From contig JAJEIE010000022.1 in NCBI GenBank assembly GCA_022827625.1, forward strand, positions 24,293 through 88,292: 64,000 nucleotides of DNA. The letters are read 5' to 3'. Below, one piece after another: positions 47,921 through 56,035 of this stretch. The stretch's first letter is position 1; each line of letters starts with the position of its first letter. The notes below the pieces were generated by a model. That model searched no databases and was not told the DNA's origin. It was given only the letters and a program-made list of their open reading frames with translations. The position numbers were made by a program, and so were the translations under genes. This DNA is from Candidatus Poribacteria bacterium. GTDB taxonomy: Bacteria > Poribacteria > WGA-4E > WGA-3G.

Positions 47921-50900
47921 TATTTGCGTATCAGCATCTTACGTGTTGCCGTGAAATCGCCTGCGGTGAGGGTATAGAAATAGACTCCACTTGCGACAGG
48001 TTCACCGAATACATTTCTGCCATCCCAATAGGCGGCACGGCTGCGGGTCTGATAGGTTCCCGCGGGTTGATGTCCTAATACCAACCTTCTAACGACTTGT
48101 CCATCTATAGCGTAGACAGTGATCATAACCTCAGCAGGTTTTGCAAGTTGATACGGTATCCACGTCTCTGGATTAAACGGATTTGGGAAGTTTACCAAAA
48201 GCGCGTTTTCTCTAATTGCTGTAACGGTTACTTGCGCGGTGAGTGTCGGACCGCTATATCCTGCGATAGCATCTGATCCGACAGTGAAGGTAAGCACGCC
48301 ATCGGTATTCATATCTCCATCAAATTCAAGTTCAACAGTGATTTGTGTGTCACTTTTTCTGTCAGGTTCGTGCCAGGGTATTGTTACGCCGTCAATACCA
48401 GAGACAGACACGGCACCTCTGATGTCAAAGGTGGAACGTGCGTATTTTCTACCGCTGAGTGTGAGCGTGATGACGCTGCCATCCAGGGTCGCCTCTGTCA
48501 AGGGAGATTCTGTTGACGCGACGAGCGATTCATGTTCTCCGCTAACAGGTATCTGTGCGGTGAATGCCGGACCGTTGTATTCCGCGATAGCATCTGATCC
48601 AACAGTGAAAGTGAGCATGGCATCAGCATCAAGGTCGCCATCAAATTCAAGTTCAATAGTGATTTGTGTGTCGCTTTTTTTGTCAGGCTCGTGCCAAGGT
48701 ATTGTTACGCCATCAATACCAGAGACAGACACGGCACCTCTGATGTCAAAGGTGGAACGTGCGTATTTTCTACCGCTGAGTGTGAGCGTGACGACGCTGC
48801 CATCCAGGGTCGCCTCTGTCAAGAGAGATTCTGTTGATGCGACGACTGATTCCTTACTGCCAGTGACAGGGAGTTGTGCGACCAATGCGGGTCCGTCGTA
48901 TCCAGCCACGGCATCCGCTCCCACGGTAAAGGTGAGTGTGGTATCCGTGTCAAAATCGCCCTTGAAAGTCAATTCAACCGTCAACTCCGTATCGCTGACC
49001 CGGTCTACATCAAACCAGTGAACAGTGACACCAGCAATACCAGAGACCGCCACAGCATCTCTGAGATCGAAGGTAGATCGTTCGTAAGTGGCACCGTTGA
49101 GCGTGAGTGTGATGATGCTCTCATTCAACGTCGTTTCTGTTAAGGGGATAGGTGTTGATGCGACAACCGATTCCTTACCCCCGGTAACAAGTATTTGTAC
49201 AATTAGGGCGAGTTCCTCGTATCCCGCTATAGCATCCGCCTCTATAGTGAAGGTCAGCGTCGCACCGGTATCAAAATTGCCATCAAACGCAAGTTCAACT
49301 GCAAGTTCTGTATCACTGATACGCTCCACCCCAGACGTTTTAATAGTCACACCGACAATTCCCGACACAGTCACAGCATTTTCGATGTCAGCGTTAGATT
49401 GCACATAAGTCGCGTTGTTGAGCGCCAATAAGATGACACGCCCATCAAGGGTTGCTTCTGTAATGGGCTGCGGCGTTAGAAGCGTGAGTGTCGGTCTTTC
49501 TTCGATAACGGCGGTGACAGGTATTTCCGCGGTGAGTGGGGCCCCGTTATAGGCAGCGATTGCGCTTGGTCCAACCCTGAAAGTGAGTGCGGTGTCGGTG
49601 TCAAAGTTTGTACCGTCAAATGCTAATTTAACGGTCACTTGTGTATCACTGAGGCGCATTACATGCGAGTGAGGAAACGTAACACCGGCGATGCCGGATA
49701 CTTGCAGCGCACGGCTGATGTTAGAAATAGATTTCGCATATACACCGCTCGCCAGCGTAAGTGTGACAACACTTTCATTCAGGATTGCCTCTGTCAAGGG
49801 TCGTGGTGCGAAGGCAATAATGATCGGGTGCTTCTCTGCAACGGCGGTGACAGGTAATTGCGAGACGAGCTCGGCACCGTTGTATCCGATCACGGCATCC
49901 GCACCGACCTTGAAGGTGAGTGTCGCATTAGTGTCAAAGTCTGTCCCATCGAACATCAATTTGATATCCACCTGGGTATCGCTGATGCGTTCTACGTTAA
50001 ATCTATCAACCGTGACACCCGTAATGCCTGACACCGTCACGTTATTTCCGACAGTGTGGGGAGATTCGTAGGTTCTACCGCTTAATGTCAGTGTGACCAC
50101 ACCTCTGTTCAGCGTTGCCTCTGTTAGCGGCGCGATTGGCGAAGCGTTCACCGATTCAGTAACCGCAGTGACAGGTGCAGTCGCGGTGAGTGCAGGCCCG
50201 TTGTAACTCGCGATGGCATCCGCTTTGACGCTGAAGGTGAGGGTTGCGTTAGTGTCAAAGTCCGTCCCGTCAAATGTTAGCTGGACTGCCAATTGCGTAT
50301 CGCTCTTACGCGCTACATTGAAAGGTTTAACGGTTACGCCAGGAACACCCGTTACCGTTACAGAATCATTGAGCCAACTTTCATAGACTCGATTGTTCAA
50401 CTTTAGTGTCACTATGCTTCCATTTAGCGTAGTCTCCTTTAAAAGTTGTGAAGTCAACGCTATGGTTGGACTTTTTTGATCGTCCATGTCAATAACCTCA
50501 ACAGTAACAGCAATGGTGTCGGTGAGGTTCCCATCGGAGACAGTGACCTTTACGGTATAGGAGTGCTTGGTTTCGTAGTCAAGGGCAGCAAGGGTTCTCA
50601 ATTGCCCAGTTGTGCGGTCAAGATGAAACGCTGCCGCATCGGGACCGCTGAGGGTATAGGTTAGAGAATCGTTGTCGGGATCGGTCGCCGCTATCGGCTC
50701 GCGGATGTTCACCCCTCTCAGTGTATTCTCGGCTACTGCGCGACCGGTGTACCCACCATCTATGAAGCTCGGTGGGCTGTTTGTAGGTACTTCGACCACT
50801 ATATTAACAACAGTAATAATAACCGCGACTTCATCTATCAAACTGCCATCAGAGACAGTGACAATTACGGAATAGGAGGCTTTGGTTTCATGATGGAGTG

Positions 50901-52179
50901 CTGCCTTCGTTTTCAACTGTCCAGATGTACTATCAATGTCAAACGATGCTGCGTCAATACCACTTAGATGATAGGTGAGCGGCTCATTGTTGGCATCAGT
51001 AGCAACAATCGGACTCCCGATACTTACGCTTGCTGCTGTTTTCTCTGCCACCGTGCGTGTGATAACGGAGCCTTCGGTGAACACGGGTGCTTTGTTGATT
51101 GCCCATCCCATATCTTCAAGCATACCCAATGCAATAGGACCAGGGTCGTGAATGGCTTCTTGTTTGTCAAAATATGGTGTCATCAACGAATTAACATCGC
51201 CAGCCGGAAATATTGTCTCATCCAAGTGGGCGTACCCTGACCCTCTATCCCAAGTACTGGGCGCGTAAAGTTGTGGATGTCCGCCACCGTTTGCTGCAAC
51301 GCCCTTCGCGCCGCTCCAAAAGAGATTGTTACTGGTAAACTGTTCCAGCAGACGCTCGGATGGATCCCGAAACTCCGTGATAGCCGTCCCGGATCCATTG
51401 ACGACAAAGACATCATAAATATGAGGCAATTCAGGAACGCCGCCCCTCAGCTTACCCCGAACAGTAGAGAAAGAAGAAAAGGCTCCCATTGGAGAATCTT
51501 CCGCCCTGGCAGTACTAAAAAAACCGAGGCCGTGCCCAATCTCATGTATCACGACACTCACGAAGTCCATTTTACCGGCAGGTGTGTTGCCATCTGTGCC
51601 AAAATACCAATTGGCATCTTCGTGGCTGTTGAATCGGGTAATGATGTCCGGTTCACCCGCTTCCAGATTTCTGCCAGCCCTCTTATCAGCAAGGGCATCA
51701 ACGAACCACAGATTCAAGGATCCGGGTGATTTCCAGCCTGCTGGATAAGCACCCCCCAAAATAATCCGTCCGTCCTCATATCCACTGAAGTCCGTAAAAG
51801 TTGCGTCAATCCGGATGGGTACAGGCGACCGGATCAGCGAGTTCCAAATATCAACCGCATATTGGAACGCCAGCCTTGCTTCGTCTGTAAAACCCGTATA
51901 GGTTACCGTAAACTGCGGCTGTCCCATCCTAAAGTGATGCTCGCGTCCAGACAATTTCTGCCTCGGTGGTGGAAGACTTGTACCGGCATTTTCTTTGGTT
52001 CCATATAAAATAATCATCGGAATCCCTTCATTCTGATCCATTGGGTTTCCTGCTGACTGATTTTTAGATGTTACAGAGGGTTGCCCTTGGACTTCAATTC
52101 GGCTCATGACACGAGATCTCGGTCCAAGTAGCAAGTAAATAGAAAAGGAGAGTATGAATAGAATTTTGGCAAATTTCAT
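47920..52179 (-). CDS. Giant secreted surface protein: zincin metalloprotease-like domain, 2 cadherin repeats, 7 copies of a ~106-aa repeat, and a Por_Secre_tail/FlgD-Ig-like C-terminal domain
   Basis: HEIGHGLGF (leishmanolysin-like HExxHxxGF). Cadherin-like ATDANNEPLTYHLSGIDAASFDIDSTSGQLKT and ATDPDNDSLTYTLSGPDAAAFHLDRTTGQLRT. C-terminus FPNPFNPETWIPYQLA...YWDGRN...GEPVASGVYFYTL...ATRKMLIRK. Confidence 0.8.
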   Translation of the reverse strand: MKFAKILFILSFSIYLLLGPRSRVMSRIEVQGQPSVTSKNQSAGNPMDQNEGIPMIILYGTKENAGTSLPPPRQKLSGREHHFRMGQPQFTVTYTGFTDEARLAFQYAVDIWNSLIRSPVPIRIDATFTDFSGYEDGRIILGGAYPAGWKSPGSLNLWFVDALADKRAGRNLEAGEPDIITRFNSHEDANWYFGTDGNTPAGKMDFVSVVIHEIGHGLGFFSTARAEDSPMGAFSSFSTVRGKLRGGVPELPHIYDVFVVNGSGTAITEFRDPSERLLEQFTSNNLFWSGAKGVAANGGGHPQLYAPSTWDRGSGYAHLDETIFPAGDVNSLMTPYFDKQEAIHDPGPIALGMLEDMGWAINKAPVFTEGSVITRTVAEKTAASVSIGSPIVATDANNEPLTYHLSGIDAASFDIDSTSGQLKTKAALHHETKASYSVIVTVSDGSLIDEVAVIITVVNIVVEVPTNSPPSFIDGGYTGRAVAENTLRGVNIREPIAATDPDNDSLTYTLSGPDAAAFHLDRTTGQLRTLAALDYETKHSYTVKVTVSDGNLTDTIAVTVEVIDMDDQKSPTIALTSQLLKETTLNGSIVTLKLNNRVYESWLNDSVTVTGVPGVTVKPFNVARKSDTQLAVQLTFDGTDFDTNATLTFSVKADAIASYNGPALTATAPVTAVTESVNASPIAPLTEATLNRGVVTLTLSGRTYESPHTVGNNVTVSGITGVTVDRFNVERISDTQVDIKLMFDGTDFDTNATLTFKVGADAVIGYNGAELVSQLPVTAVAEKHPIIIAFAPRPLTEAILNESVVTLTLASGVYAKSISNISRALQVSGIAGVTFPHSHVMRLSDTQVTVKLAFDGTNFDTDTALTFRVGPSAIAAYNGAPLTAEIPVTAVIEERPTLTLLTPQPITEATLDGRVILLALNNATYVQSNADIENAVTVSGIVGVTIKTSGVERISDTELAVELAFDGNFDTGATLTFTIEADAIAGYEELALIVQILVTGGKESVVASTPIPLTETTLNESIITLTLNGATYERSTFDLRDAVAVSGIAGVTVHWFDVDRVSDTELTVELTFKGDFDTDTTLTFTVGADAVAGYDGPALVAQLPVTGSKESVVASTESLLTEATLDGSVVTLTLSGRKYARSTFDIRGAVSVSGIDGVTIPWHEPDKKSDTQITIELEFDGDLDADAMLTFTVGSDAIAEYNGPAFTAQIPVSGEHESLVASTESPLTEATLDGSVITLTLSGRKYARSTFDIRGAVSVSGIDGVTIPWHEPDRKSDTQITVELEFDGDMNTDGVLTFTVGSDAIAGYSGPTLTAQVTVTAIRENALLVNFPNPFNPETWIPYQLAKPAEVMITVYAIDGQVVRRLVLGHQPAGTYQTRSRAAYWDGRNVFGEPVASGVYFYTLTAGDFTATRKMLIRK
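48215..50480 (-). repeat. Coding tandem array: 7 copies of a ~318-bp unit (~106-aa domain)
   Basis: Consensus LTEATL(D/N)xSxVTLTLxGxxYxxS...AVxVSGIxGVTV...VxRxSDTxxTVELxFDGDFDTDxxLTFTVGADAIAxYNGPALTAQxPVTA. The two 3'-most units are offset by exactly 318 bp. Confidence 0.85.
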
Positions 52180-52193
52180 GACAATCTTTTGGG

Positions 52194-52219
52194 AGAGACC
52201 GAGTTTAAGCTCGGTCTCT
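52194..52219 (-). other. 10-bp perfect intercistronic hairpin between two surface-protein genes
   Basis: agagaccgag (52194-52203), loop tttaag, ctcggtctct (52210-52219). No U-tract on the transcribed (minus) strand. Confidence 0.5.
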
Positions 52220-52229
52220 GTTTACTGTG

Positions 52230-55200
52230 TTACTTAAGAATAACCATCTTGCGCGTGGCGGAATAATCCCCGGCGATCAGAGTGTAGAAGTAAACACCAC
52301 TCGCTACTCTATCGCCGCCCTCATTCCTACCATCCCAATAGATTGCTTTCGATCGACTCTCGTAGACTGAGGCGGTTTGGTGCCCAACATCCAACCTACG
52401 GACGATGTGCCCACGCGGGTCGTAGATCGTCAACGTGACGAAACCATCTTCTGCCAACCGATACGGTATCCAAGTCTCAGGGTTAAATGGATTTGGATAG
52501 TTCGGCAGCAGTTCGGTCTCCTTCGGAACCAATACAGACAGGAGTTGTTGTAAGAAAAAGATACCTCTTTGCCACCCCGGATCCGTCAGGTCTGAACCCT
52601 GCGATTGGATCAGCCATTCCCGGATGTCAGCAGCGGTGAGAAGTGAAAGTGCATCGGGATGTAGTACGGGTGCTGCCGGTACCTGATTAATTGCACTCGC
52701 CACTTTAATCAAGTCAAGGATACTGACCACGCCATCGCCGTTAACATCTGCGCTGTTTGGCCCAGATTGCCCGAAACGCCCAGCAACGAACACCAAGTCA
52801 AGAACGTTCACCACCCCATCCTGATTGGTATCATATTCGCCAAACTGTGAAGCGATATCGTTGATGATGATTCCAACACCTGGGGAACTGATGTCGTTTT
52901 CATCCCCGTAATAGGTGCGCTGATCCGTTGTTAAATTGGCATCCACGGCGGTAACCCAAGAAGCTGCTTGTGTGCCATCACGTGCCACACCATTGACATA
53001 ACGACGAATGAGTGAAGTCCGATTACCCGCTCTGGTTCTACCTCTGTTAAAACTGTAAGGTAAGTCCCAAAGCGTCTGACTTCCGTCGTAATTCCCCGCT
53101 TCATCCACCAAATTACCATCTTTATCGGTCAACCTTATGTGGAAACCTTCCCCACTCAGCCACGTAGTCCAGAAACTAATGTCTACGCTGCCTTTTCGCG
53201 CGCCTTCTATCCACCTGAGATCGTAAATTTGGTCCTCCATAAAGCCACCTGAGTTGTCATCACTGCTGGACGTCACTATCAAGAGAAAGTCATTTGGCCA
53301 TATCCGTGGCGCGTCCTCAAAAGTAGTGTCCCTAAACTTGATGCTCAGGGTCTGCGGTCCGAGCAGGTCCTCCGAGTCCACATTCTGGACAGTCAATGTC
53401 CATCCAGTGAGATCAATTGGCTTTGTTCCAGCATTGAATATCTCTATCCATTGCTTTGGTGTAAATCTTATCTCCGAACCATACATGATTTCACTGATGC
53501 TAACTTCACCCCCTACCGTACCAGGTTGAGGTGTTTCGTCCACAGTCGGTGGTGTCTCATCTACATCAATGATAGTGATAGCGACAATGATAGTATCGGT
53601 GTGAGTGCCATCGGAAACGTCGACGGTCACTGTATAGGCGTTTTTCGCTTCAAAGTTGAGCGGTGCGTGCGTTTTCAACTGTCCAGTGATGCTGACGATG
53701 CGAAAGGCTGCGGCATCCGTACCACTGAGTGTATAGGTCAGCGTGTCATCATCCGCATCTGTCGCAGATACCGGACTGCCAATGTTTACACCCGAAGGGG
53801 TGTTCTCGGCTATCGAACGCGTCGTCTGATTCCCCGTAAAAACCGGCGCATGCGTCTGTGGCGTCTCGTCCACCTCAGGAATGACAGTACCCTCAATGAC
53901 TGGCACAATAGCCTCGTTCTTGTCAGTGACACTTATAGTAACACCGATAGTGTCGGTGCCGCCATTGCCATCGGAAACCAAGATTGTCACCGAGTAGGCA
54001 TCCTCGGTTTCATAGTCGAGAGGTGTCCGGGTTTGTAACTGACCAGAACTCCCCACAACGCCAAACGCTGCGGCATCTACACCACCGAGAATGTAGGTCA
54101 AAGTGTCGCCATCCTCATCTGTCGCAGATACGGGGCTGCCAATGTTTACACCTGCCCCCGTGTTCTCGGCTACAGACCGCGTTGTGCTATCGCCCTCTAC
54201 GAAAATCGGATCATCGTTCTCGTCAGTGACACTGATAGCAACACCGATGGTATCGGTGCCGCCATTACCATCGGAAACCAGGATCGTCACTGCGTAAGAG
54301 TCTTTGGTTTCATAGTCCAGTTCTGCTCGGGTTTGTAACTGACCAGAGGTACCGATAATACCAAACGACGCTGCATCTACACCACCGAGCGTGTAAATCA
54401 AGGGATCGCCATCCTCATCTGTCGCTGACACTGGCGCGCCAATATTGACACCCACAGATGTATTCTCGGCTACAGACCGCGTTGTGCTATCGCCTTCTAT
54501 GAAAATCGGATCCTCATTTTCATCAGTGACATTGATAACAACGCCGATAGTGTCGGCACCACCCCTACCATCAACAACCGTAACCACCACTGAGTAGGTG
54601 TTCCGTGTTTCATAGTCCAGTTCTGCTCGGGTTTGCAGCTGCCCCGTCGTCCCGACAATGCCAAAGGATCCTGCATCTGCGCCACTGAGACTATACGTCA
54701 AGATGTCGTCATCTTCATCAGTCGCAGCTACGGCTCCCCCTATGTTTACACCTGCGAGCGTGTTCTCTGCTACTGAACGCATCGCGCTGCTGCCCTCTAT
54801 GAAAATCGGGGCATGGTTCACATTAGGTTCATAGTTAGGACGTGGGATACCCAGAGCAAAAATGAGCGAGTTATCACCCCCTACAGCACTCGGTTCAAGG
54901 AGACTATAGCCGTAATGTCCGGTAGGTAATGCTGGCAAAATGACAATATCCACGGCGATAGGATCCGACGTGCCAGGCGTGCGAGTCACCGTGAGCGGTT
55001 GGCTTTCTACACTGCCAGCGGGGATCTCTATAGTGGTTGCTCCCCCATCAATAGTCCCATTCACAACACTCAGCGGCAGAACAATATTAAAGGGAGCACC
55101 AGTGGGTACAATTGCTTTGAATTGGTTATCTTCAATCTGTTCTAAAGACACAGTAATGGATAGGTTAACTGCGTTGTTCCCTAAGTAAAATGAACGTAAC

Positions 55201-55922
55201 GAGGATATGTCTGAAAAGATACCGGCGGGCAAACTGCTTAATTCGTTGAAAGACAGGCTCAGCCAATTCAGCGATGGGAGCCCAGAAAAGATATCAGTAG
55301 GCAAATCGCGGAGCTGATTAGAAGACAAGTTAAGCGTGTTCAATGAGGAAAGCTCAGAAAAAGTGTCCGCAGGTAGGCTGCTTAACTTGTTGTAAGATAA
55401 ATTAAGTGTCCTTAAGGCGGAAAGCCCGGAAAAAATCCCTGCGGGCAAACTACTGAGTTGGTTGAAAGATAGACTCAGCCACTCCAGAGAAGAAAGCTCA
55501 GCAAAGAGGTCCGCAGGCAAGCTGCTCAACGCGTTGTTCCCCAAGTCAAGCCGATTCAGGGAAGATAACCCGGAAAAGAGGTCCGCTGGTAGCTGACTCA
55601 GATTGTTTCTATATAGAGCCAGCGAATTCAGCGCAGTCAATCCATCGAGATCGCCGGCTTTCAGTGCTGTAATATTCTGGTCGCTCAGATTAAGGTTAGT
55701 AATCAAAGCCAGATGCGCTGCGGTCACATCCTTGCAATCATCCACCCCAGGTACTATTGCTACAATTGCATCTCGGACTTGGGGTGTCCGATCACAGACC
55801 GGAGTGAACACGGGAGGGTTTTCTCCCAGCTGCCCGTAGCTTGTACTTTGTATGCCATATATTAACAATATTACAATGATAACTGATACTACGATTTTTC
55901 GATTCAGGACCGACGTTTTCAT
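52230..55922 (-). CDS. Giant secreted surface protein: LRR, 5 cadherin repeats, lamin tail domain, dockerin, Por_Secre_tail/FlgD-Ig-like C-terminal domain
   Basis: LRRs (LxxLxLxxNxLSSLPADxFSxLSSL, about 8 units). Cadherin repeats (ATDEDDDILTYSLSGADAGSFGI...GQLQT etc.). LTD ISEIMYGS...KQWIEIFNAG...LTGWTL. Dockerin DTNQDGVVNVLDL...DVNGDGVVSILDL. C-terminus NYPNPFNPETWIPYRLA...YWDGRN...VASGVYFYTL. Start trimmed to the ATG at 55922. Confidence 0.8.
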   Translation of the reverse strand: MKTSVLNRKIVVSVIIVILLIYGIQSTSYGQLGENPPVFTPVCDRTPQVRDAIVAIVPGVDDCKDVTAAHLALITNLNLSDQNITALKAGDLDGLTALNSLALYRNNLSQLPADLFSGLSSLNRLDLGNNALSSLPADLFAELSSLEWLSLSFNQLSSLPAGIFSGLSALRTLNLSYNKLSSLPADTFSELSSLNTLNLSSNQLRDLPTDIFSGLPSLNWLSLSFNELSSLPAGIFSDISSLRSFYLGNNAVNLSITVSLEQIEDNQFKAIVPTGAPFNIVLPLSVVNGTIDGGATTIEIPAGSVESQPLTVTRTPGTSDPIAVDIVILPALPTGHYGYSLLEPSAVGGDNSLIFALGIPRPNYEPNVNHAPIFIEGSSAMRSVAENTLAGVNIGGAVAATDEDDDILTYSLSGADAGSFGIVGTTGQLQTRAELDYETRNTYSVVVTVVDGRGGADTIGVVINVTDENEDPIFIEGDSTTRSVAENTSVGVNIGAPVSATDEDGDPLIYTLGGVDAASFGIIGTSGQLQTRAELDYETKDSYAVTILVSDGNGGTDTIGVAISVTDENDDPIFVEGDSTTRSVAENTGAGVNIGSPVSATDEDGDTLTYILGGVDAAAFGVVGSSGQLQTRTPLDYETEDAYSVTILVSDGNGGTDTIGVTISVTDKNEAIVPVIEGTVIPEVDETPQTHAPVFTGNQTTRSIAENTPSGVNIGSPVSATDADDDTLTYTLSGTDAAAFRIVSITGQLKTHAPLNFEAKNAYTVTVDVSDGTHTDTIIVAITIIDVDETPPTVDETPQPGTVGGEVSISEIMYGSEIRFTPKQWIEIFNAGTKPIDLTGWTLTVQNVDSEDLLGPQTLSIKFRDTTFEDAPRIWPNDFLLIVTSSSDDNSGGFMEDQIYDLRWIEGARKGSVDISFWTTWLSGEGFHIRLTDKDGNLVDEAGNYDGSQTLWDLPYSFNRGRTRAGNRTSLIRRYVNGVARDGTQAASWVTAVDANLTTDQRTYYGDENDISSPGVGIIINDIASQFGEYDTNQDGVVNVLDLVFVAGRFGQSGPNSADVNGDGVVSILDLIKVASAINQVPAAPVLHPDALSLLTAADIREWLIQSQGSDLTDPGWQRGIFFLQQLLSVLVPKETELLPNYPNPFNPETWIPYRLAEDGFVTLTIYDPRGHIVRRLDVGHQTASVYESRSKAIYWDGRNEGGDRVASGVYFYTLIAGDYSATRKMVILK

Positions 55923-56035
55923 AATAAACTCCATTTTACGGTTTTCGATTGCGAGATCCAATCAGATTCTTAGACAGAAACATGGCAGTGTGCCATCTTC
56001 TATCCCTCCATTTTATCATATTTATTTGATAAATG

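Noticed and set aside
48239-49021. 260-aa plus-strand ORF (plus several 60-130-aa ones up to about 50900)
   Set aside because: Antisense shadow ORFs of the tandem repeat array. The repetitive S/V/P-rich translation simply mirrors the coding repeats on the minus strand.
48215-50480. CRISPR array or other non-coding tandem repeat
   Set aside because: The period is 318 bp, in frame, and translates into a conserved protein domain. There is no short repeat/spacer structure and there are no cas genes. The heptamer tracts elsewhere are far too short and lack spacers.
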